Assembly (NCBI GenBank): GCA_041691135.1
Contig: JBEPVF010000018.1
Coordinates: forward strand, 1-22,421
Reading direction: 5' to 3'
Length of the DNA: 22,421 bases
DNA from: Candidatus Peribacteria bacterium
Lineage (GTDB): Bacteria; Patescibacteriota; Gracilibacteria; Peribacterales; Peribacteraceae
The notes under the pieces were generated by a model. It saw only the letters and a program-made list of their open reading frames with translations, was not told the DNA's origin and searched no databases. A program made the position numbers and the translations under genes. Of the stretch, positions 16,147-22,421 are shown piece after piece (within the stretch, counting starts at the first letter, position 1; each line of letters begins with the position of its first letter).

Positions 16147-19100
16147 CTAATGCACCAGCACATCCGCGCTCAGCGGACTCACTGTCGGAACAGTTGCCAC
16201 TTGCTGGATCTGCTGCATCAACTGAAAGTTGGCGGTCGATTCTTCGGGAGGTCCGGCAACCGGTGCAAGTGAAATGGGGTTGGCAACAACGGACGAGGAC
16301 TCACTGCTGGCCGACGAAGCTGTCGAACCTGATGCCGTGTCCGGTTCAGTGTTCAATGAACCCGAAGCAGTGGAACCGGTTGAGGTGGAAACGGTCGCGA
16401 CTGAGGATGTGGAAGATTCCGAGGAAGCAGATGACTCAGACGATTCAACGGAAGAGGACTCAGACGAAGCGGACGATTCAGATGAGACCACCGCTGTCTG
16501 CAGCTGGGCAAAGTATCCGGTCGGTAGAATCAGTTTGGGCGGATCATAGTTCGTGTCCCATGTGAATTCGATATTCAGATCCGGATGCGTGTAATGATGA
16601 TTGTTGCCGTAGCGGTTGCAGTTGTACGGCTTGCCGTCGGCATCGAGCGGCGTCTGATTGCGAAGACAGAGATTGAAGATATCGCTGGTCGAAACGGGGA
16701 CGCCTTTGTCATCCACCGGGAACGGCGTCATCTGACTGGGATCATCGTTGGTGGCGGTCTTCGCTTCCACTGTGCCGAGTGCAAGCCACGAGAAGGTGAT
16801 GTCCTCTTCGGCGATGTCGGCGATGCGAACGGTGAAGCCCGTGGCGGTCGCCTTCGAGACGGCGTACAGCACCGGCACATCCGGCGAGGCTGTGACGATC
16901 GGCGTGACGGTGTAACCCGTGCCGAAGTGAACGGTAACTGACTTCTCGCCCTTCTTGATCAGCGCGTAGCCGGCCTGGCGGCTGCTGACCGTGAGCGTGC
17001 CATGGACGGTAATATCACCGAGGAAATTGGCGAGACCGGAAATGGTAACGTTGCCGAGCACTTCGAGCGCCTGGCGGACGAGCAGCGTCTGGACGAGCAT
17101 GGAGCCGGAACCGATCTTGATCGAGCCGCTGCCCATTTCGATCGAGCCTGTACCGAAGCGCAGTGTGCCATCAAGCATCGTGAGGCCGTGCAGTATGGAG
17201 CCGCTGCCCAGATCCGCTGCCGAGGCATGCAATGTACCCTGCACATCCAGACCGCCGTCGATCTTGAGGCCGTTCGGCACGTACAGATTGTTGGCACGCA
17301 GCTGGCCTTCCAGGTACAGGTCGCCGCTGATGCGTGCATCCTGACCGACAACCAATGTCGTCTCGGATCCGAGGCTGTTGGCAATCACATCACCGCCACG
17401 CAGTGTTCCGCTCATCGTCGTATCGCCATCGACATGCAGACTGCCCGGCAGATTGAGTGACGTCGCACCAGATGATGCACTTACCAACCCATTTACAGTT
17501 ACCCTTGCCGCGGCGGAGTCCGCAGACGCAGACTGGTCGGTCACCTTCTTCAGCTCTTCCAACTGTCCCAGAATCTCGCGGAACTGATCGGTGATGTTCA
17601 GTGCGCTGAGCTGCTTGCCGACTTCCTGCGACAGCACGCCGTTCTGGTTCAGGTTGTTGAGAGAGCTTGCAACCATCTGCTGCACATCGTCTTCGATCGC
17701 CATGTTCTTGATCGACTCGAGTACGCGGCTCTCCATCGTTTCGACGGTGATCGACTGGTTGCGGCGGCTGATGAGGACGTTGATCGTGCCGGTCTCGCCA
17801 TCGAACGAATCGAGTGCCACACCGACGGTCGACTCCCCTGCTTTCGCCTTGCGGGCGTAGCCAGGCTTCGACGCAGCAGTGAGCGCATCGCCCGGTTGGA
17901 TCGTCATGCCGCTCTCGGTCATGACTTTGGCCGGTACCTGACCGATCAAACCGATAAGTGCGTAGCCCGGAGGCGTGATGCCGAGCGCACCGCCGGCACC
18001 GCCGATCGAGTTGCCGATGAAGGCCGGATGCGTCGACACGATGCCCATCAGGTTGTTGTCGCCATTGCGGTCGCAGCGGCGGATCGTGTTCGAGCGCGTC
18101 ACATCGATACACACCAGTTCACCCGGTTGCAGATCGTTGTCGCGCGCCTGGAACCACTCCGCATAGTCGGCACCGGCGGAATTGAATGTCGCATTGCTGT
18201 AGACAGCTCCCGTCGCGGTGACACGGAAGACCGTGTTCTGCGCCTTGTTCACATCGGTGATGATCTTCAGCATATCCTGATTGCCGTTCGTTTCGCTGCT
18301 GGCGATGCGGATGCCTTCGCGACCCGAACCCGTTTGCACTTCCAGTGCTGCCTTGCCCGATGCCGTGCCGCCGCCGATCACGACGGCGCCGTGCGCAAGA
18401 TCCGTCGCAAGTAACGGCGACGAGCCGTTGCCGCTGATCGTGAGCGAATGACCGGCAATCGTACCGCGCACATCGAGTGCGATACCCGTGCCGGATCCCG
18501 GATTGATGACGAGGGCGCCGGTGAGCGAGCCGCTGGCAATCTGGGTATTGTTGCGACAGACAAGCGTGCCGTTCGCATCGGTGCCGATAGAGGCGCAATT
18601 TGTCAGGTCTGCAAAGCGCACCGAACCGTTGACGACAAGTCCGCCATTCGTGGTGAGCAAGTCATTCACATTGAGCGCGCCATTGATTGAAGTGTCGCGT
18701 CCGAGGACAAAGCTATCGGCTGTCTTGCTGAATCCATACGTGGCGTTCATATACGCTTCGGCACCGGCAAGCGTGAGGTTCGCCGCCTGATTCGCATCGA
18801 TGAGCGTCTTGACCGACGCAATCGCATCGTTCAATCCGTTTTGACTGACAAGCGAACCTGACTGAATGTGCGCCATGATTGACTCGTGCATCTGGCGCGT
18901 CAGATCCAGCTGACTCACCTGCTCTGTCACCAGATCGCGGACAGTCGTGTTCAGATCGAGTTTATTCAACTGGTCTTGCATCTTGCTAATGATCACGTCG
19001 TCGAGCTTCATCGCCGCGATGCTGTCGAGTACTTTCTGTTCGACCATCTCGCCGGTGAGCGACTGGTTGCGGCGGCTGATGAGGACGTTGACCGTCTTTG

Positions 19101-22100
19101 TCTGTCCAGCCGGAATATCTTCGAGTGCTACGCCCACCGTCGACTCGCCGGCATTCGCCTTGCGGGCAAAGCCAGATGTCGCAGCAGCGGTCAGCTGATC
19201 GCCGGCATGAATGCCGCCGGTGCCGGAAATTACTTTGGCCGGAACCTGACCGATGAGTCCGATAAGCACGGTACCCGGAACCGGAATACCATCCGCGCCG
19301 CTGAGCGTGTTTCCAATGAAGGACGGATGCGTAGAGACGATACCGATCACGTCGCTGTCGCCATCGCGGTCACAACGTTTGACCGCATTTGCGCGCGTGG
19401 TATCGATGCACACGAGTTCGCCCGGTTTCAAATCAGTGTTGCTGGTGTAGAACCATTCAGCGTAGTCAGCACCTGCGCTCGAGAACGCCATGTCGGAGAA
19501 CACGGCGCCCGATGCATTGACGCGGAACACCGTGTTGTTGACCGATGTGACATCGGTGACGAGCTTGATCATGTCCTGGCTGCCGGTCGTTTCGCGCGAC
19601 TTGATGGAGATGGCCGGAATGTTATCGGCATCTTGTGTGACGATGCTGACTTTGCCTCTGGTGCCCGAGAACACCGTGGCACCGGTGCCGATAGTGACGA
19701 TGCCATTGGTGATATCCGTCCGCAGCAGCGGCGTGGAGCCAGTGCCGGAGATAAACAGCGAACGACCCGACATCGAGCCAGCAAATTCGGAGTTGCCGAG
19801 TACTTGCAGAGTCAGACCTGCCTTAGCCGCAGTGGTACCGAGGTTGCCACTGACACTCATGATCGTGGCACCAGAGACGGCGAGACGGGAACCGGCCAAT
19901 GAGTTTACAGTACCAATACCGACATTACCGCCATTGGTGATCTGGAAGCGGAGTTTGTCATTGGTAGCACCGCCCACGAAAACCTGGAAGACACTGGCTG
20001 ATGTAGTGCCGTTCACCCCAAGTTGCATCGATCCACCCGCAGCGGGAGTATTGACAGTAAGGTTGTTGCTAGTAACAGTGAATGCGCTGAATTGAGTACC
20101 TGCAGCGTCAAAGTAGCGAAGGCTGAATTTGTTATCCATGAGAATGTGCATTCCACGTAAGGCGAGGTTGCCGGTCGCATTCGGCGCAGCAGCAAGCTGA
20201 TACGCTGTCGTTACTGTGGGCGGCGTACCGGCCACCTGGACCAGACCGCCTGTGTCGGTGAAGGAGACTGTGGCATTGCTCGAGACGGTTGCAAGGAGCG
20301 AGCTTGCTCCGTACGACCCTTGAGTCGTTGTGCGGTAGATCTTATAAGTGGCACCGTTCTGGAGCGTCCAGCCGACAGTGATAGCCTGGTTACCAGCATT
20401 GGTAATAGCGGAAACTTCACTCGAAGGAGTCGTCTGACCGTTGGCACTGTCGATGTTCGTCACCTCGTAGTAGTAGGTGGTGGCAAGAGTGAGCGAGCCG
20501 CCGGAGGCATGCACGGCACTGACACCGGTCGGCGCCAACATTTCCATCACGAACTGTTTGTTGGCTGCAATCTGGAGAGCCTGCTGCGGATTGTTCATGC
20601 CGATGCCAAGCTTGCCCATAGTGTAGGAGTTCGATGCACCATTGATGGTGAGCGCAGAACCGGAGATCGTACCCAGCACATCGAGTTTCGTAGACGGGGC
20701 AGTCTTGCCAATGCCGACGTTGCCCATCATGTAACTGGTACCGTTCATGACGTTGAGCGCGGAACCGGACAGTGTGCCACGGACATTGAGCGCTTCACGG
20801 ACTCGGGCAGCCGCCGTGATAGTGAGCGCACCGGACTGGTCGAAGGCAGACAGAACGGTACTGCTGCTGTTCAGGATTTCGAACATGTTTGTATTCTGGG
20901 ACGGCCGAGCCTTAACCTGGAGCTTACTACTGGGAGCACCACCCTCGCCGATTACCTGCAACGTACCCGTACCACTGCGGTAGAGAAGCGTATCCGCTGC
21001 GGCAAATCCATATCCCCACTCAGTCGCTCCATTATTACTGATAATATAGCGGCTATTGGTATCTCCTGTCGCACTCATTTTGAGCGCCTGTGTGCCTGCT
21101 CCTACTTTTGAGATGATGAGTACGCCGGTCATCGTATCACCGCCGATGTCCACATAGCGGACATCAGCGGTCGTCTGCGTGAAGGTGGATCCACAGGACA
21201 GAGCCCCGGCGCTGGATGTCTGCAGGTTGGAGCAAGACGGCACGTTCGACACACTCAGAGTGGAACCGGACATGCCACCCATGACTTCCAGACCGAGACC
21301 GGTTTTGACTGCCCTAGATCCGAGGTTTCCATTGATGTTGATAATAGTGGCGCCGGAAACGGAGAGGCGGGATCCTGGAGTGGACGTGGCCAGACCAAGC
21401 TTACCGACACCATCGATGCGCAGACGCTCAGCGTCACCCGCATTGATGACGAATGCCGGAGCACCGGAGCTGTAGGTTTCGGCAAGTCCCCAGATACCAT
21501 TTGTTTGATCCAAGAAGAGTTTTGCGCGGCGGTTGTTGGTTCCATCGGTAATCATCAAGCCCATAGATGCTTCGCCGGAGGTCTTGGAGACAACGATATC
21601 GGGAGAAGCCGTGCCGTAGGTAACCAAGCTGGTGAATACACCGGCACTGTTGCCATTGCCGACGTGCAGCGAAGTGGTGGGCGCTGCGGTGCCGATACCC
21701 ACACGCTTGGTAGTACCAGCATAGACAAGACCGATGGTATCCACGATGAGCGTGTTGCCTGTGGCGGATCCGGGGTTCTTGTAGATAGTGAGAGCACCGG
21801 TCATGGTGTCGCCACTCGTGTTGACGTAGCGGGCGTCGAGGGCAGTCTGCGTCAGGCCCGTATTGCAACTGAGAGCACCAACGCTGGAAGACTGCAGAGC
21901 AGCGCAGGAGATGAGCGAGGAGACCGTGAGAGACGAACCGGACATCGTGCCACGCACGTTGAGGGCTTCCCGAGCGCGAGCAGCAGTGTTGAGCGTGAGA
22001 GCACCGGACTGGTCGAACTTGGCCAGCACACCGTTGCCGCTGTCGAGGAGTTCGAAGAGACTGGCATTCTGGGAAGCAAGTCCCCTGATCTGGAGCTTAG

Positions 22101-22421
22101 CGCTGGCGGCGCCGTTGAGAGCCGAGATCATGAGCGTGCCCGTGGTGGAGCGTTGGATCTGAATATCCTTGGTACTGTTGAGTCCCTGTCCCCACTGCAT
22201 GAGGCCGTTGTTGAAGATAACGAAGCGTGCCGTAGCTTCGCCGATGACGGCGGTTTGTAGAGCAGTGTCACCTACGCCAGGGCGGGAAATAGTGGCAACG
22301 CCAACAACAATGGCGCTGCCGTTGACTTGAAGAGCAGAGCCGGAAATGGTCCCACGGACATCGAGGGCGGTGGCGGGATTCGTCTTGTTGATGCCGACGT
22401 TGCCCATCAGGTAACTGGTGC
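16147..22421 (-). CDS. Giant tail-fibre-like surface protein (5' partial, >2090 aa) with two peptidase G2/IMC-like autocleavage chaperone modules
   Basis: Frame is open to the window edge (TSYL-MGNVGI matches internal TSYM-MGNVGI). Repeated GNVGIG..P...LDV.G and RYV..GDTMTG.L fibre motifs; two GADYAEWF...GIVST.P...IGLIGQVPAKV domains; FN3-like insert; C-terminal beta domain and Ser/Glu-rich tail. Confidence 0.88.
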   Translation of the reverse strand, partial: TSYLMGNVGINKTNPATALDVRGTISGSALQVNGSAIVVGVATISRPGVGDTALQTAVIGEATARFVIFNNGLMQWGQGLNSTKDIQIQRSTTGTLMISALNGAASAKLQIRGLASQNASLFELLDSGNGVLAKFDQSGALTLNTAARAREALNVRGTMSGSSLTVSSLISCAALQSSSVGALSCNTGLTQTALDARYVNTSGDTMTGALTIYKNPGSATGNTLIVDTIGLVYAGTTKRVGIGTAAPTTSLHVGNGNSAGVFTSLVTYGTASPDIVVSKTSGEASMGLMITDGTNNRRAKLFLDQTNGIWGLAETYSSGAPAFVINAGDAERLRIDGVGKLGLATSTPGSRLSVSGATIININGNLGSRAVKTGLGLEVMGGMSGSTLSVSNVPSCSNLQTSSAGALSCGSTFTQTTADVRYVDIGGDTMTGVLIISKVGAGTQALKMSATGDTNSRYIISNNGATEWGYGFAAADTLLYRSGTGTLQVIGEGGAPSSKLQVKARPSQNTNMFEILNSSSTVLSAFDQSGALTITAAARVREALNVRGTLSGSALNVMNGTSYMMGNVGIGKTAPSTKLDVLGTISGSALTINGASNSYTMGKLGIGMNNPQQALQIAANKQFVMEMLAPTGVSAVHASGGSLTLATTYYYEVTNIDSANGQTTPSSEVSAITNAGNQAITVGWTLQNGATYKIYRTTTQGSYGASSLLATVSSNATVSFTDTGGLVQVAGTPPTVTTAYQLAAAPNATGNLALRGMHILMDNKFSLRYFDAAGTQFSAFTVTSNNLTVNTPAAGGSMQLGVNGTTSASVFQVFVGGATNDKLRFQITNGGNVGIGTVNSLAGSRLAVSGATIMSVSGNLGTTAAKAGLTLQVLGNSEFAGSMSGRSLFISGTGSTPLLRTDITNGIVTIGTGATVFSGTRGKVSIVTQDADNIPAISIKSRETTGSQDMIKLVTDVTSVNNTVFRVNASGAVFSDMAFSSAGADYAEWFYTSNTDLKPGELVCIDTTRANAVKRCDRDGDSDVIGIVSTHPSFIGNTLSGADGIPVPGTVLIGLIGQVPAKVISGTGGIHAGDQLTAAATSGFARKANAGESTVGVALEDIPAGQTKTVNVLISRRNQSLTGEMVEQKVLDSIAAMKLDDVIISKMQDQLNKLDLNTTVRDLVTEQVSQLDLTRQMHESIMAHIQSGSLVSQNGLNDAIASVKTLIDANQAANLTLAGAEAYMNATYGFSKTADSFVLGRDTSINGALNVNDLLTTNGGLVVNGSVRFADLTNCASIGTDANGTLVCRNNTQIASGSLTGALVINPGSGTGIALDVRGTIAGHSLTISGNGSSPLLATDLAHGAVVIGGGTASGKAALEVQTGSGREGIRIASSETNGNQDMLKIITDVNKAQNTVFRVTATGAVYSNATFNSAGADYAEWFQARDNDLQPGELVCIDVTRSNTIRRCDRNGDNNLMGIVSTHPAFIGNSIGGAGGALGITPPGYALIGLIGQVPAKVMTESGMTIQPGDALTAASKPGYARKAKAGESTVGVALDSFDGETGTINVLISRRNQSITVETMESRVLESIKNMAIEDDVQQMVASSLNNLNQNGVLSQEVGKQLSALNITDQFREILGQLEELKKVTDQSASADSAAARVTVNGLVSASSGATSLNLPGSLHVDGDTTMSGTLRGGDVIANSLGSETTLVVGQDARISGDLYLEGQLRANNLYVPNGLKIDGGLDVQGTLHASAADLGSGSILHGLTMLDGTLRFGTGSIEMGSGSIKIGSGSMLVQTLLVRQALEVLGNVTISGLANFLGDITVHGTLTVSSRQAGYALIKKGEKSVTVHFGTGYTVTPIVTASPDVPVLYAVSKATATGFTVRIADIAEEDITFSWLALGTVEAKTATNDDPSQMTPFPVDDKGVPVSTSDIFNLCLRNQTPLDADGKPYNCNRYGNNHHYTHPDLNIEFTWDTNYDPPKLILPTGYFAQLQTAVVSSESSASSESSSVESSESSASSESSTSSVATVSTSTGSTASGSLNTEPDTASGSTASSASSESSSVVANPISLAPVAGPPEESTANFQLMQQIQQVATVPTVSPLSADVLVH
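17752..18177 (-). other. IMC/peptidase G2-like domain copy 2
   Basis: SAGADYAEWFQARDNDLQPGELVCID...LMGIVSTHPAFIGN...IGLIGQVPAKV...GESTVGVALD...VLISRRNQS. Confidence 0.75.
19060..19476 (-). other. IMC/peptidase G2-like domain copy 1
   Basis: SAGADYAEWFYTSNTDLKPGELVCID...VIGIVSTHPSFIGN...IGLIGQVPAKV...GESTVGVALE...VLISRRNQS. Confidence 0.75.

Noticed and set aside
17752-19091. Diversity-generating retroelement template/variable repeat pair
   Set aside because: Both copies are in-frame coding, differences are not adenine-specific and no reverse transcriptase is present; this is a domain duplication.
16229-22260. Long plus-strand ORFs (e.g. 18886-19902, 20320-21111, 21505-22260, acidic 16229-16549)
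   Set aside because: Antisense shadows of the GC-rich, Ser/Thr/Gly-rich fibre gene, with no motifs of their own.
16147-22421. Prophage integrated at tRNA-Thr because of the tail-fibre-like gene
   Set aside because: No integrase, capsid, terminase or tRNA 3'-end duplication in the window. It cannot be fully excluded beyond the window edge.

Overview
Bacterial chromosomal window in the standard genetic code. TGA ends several intact genes. Gene content and style suggest a Patescibacteria/CPR (Peregrinibacteria-like) genome, which is an inference. Bases 65-13.3 kb form a surface-glycan locus: two GT2s (one DPM-synthase-like), five GT4s, divergent rmlB and rmlA, a DUF2304-like membrane protein, a ~940-aa polytopic GT-C-like transferase and an AT-richer orphan. 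Next come sufS and sufU split by an antisense orphan, tRNA-Thr(GGT) with a REP-like hairpin, and a small gene apparently broken by a +1 frameshift. The last 6.3 kb is the 3' part of a giant (>2090 aa) tail-fibre-like protein carrying TWO tandem 'GADYAEWF' intramolecular-chaperone/autocleavage modules. Non-coding structure: many genes look leaderless (-10 hexamer 6 nt before the start codon, no Shine-Dalgarno). Most gene junctions hold degenerate 7-mer or 9-mer tandem arrays, often arranged as inverted arms, and these arrays also enter coding sequence in frame.
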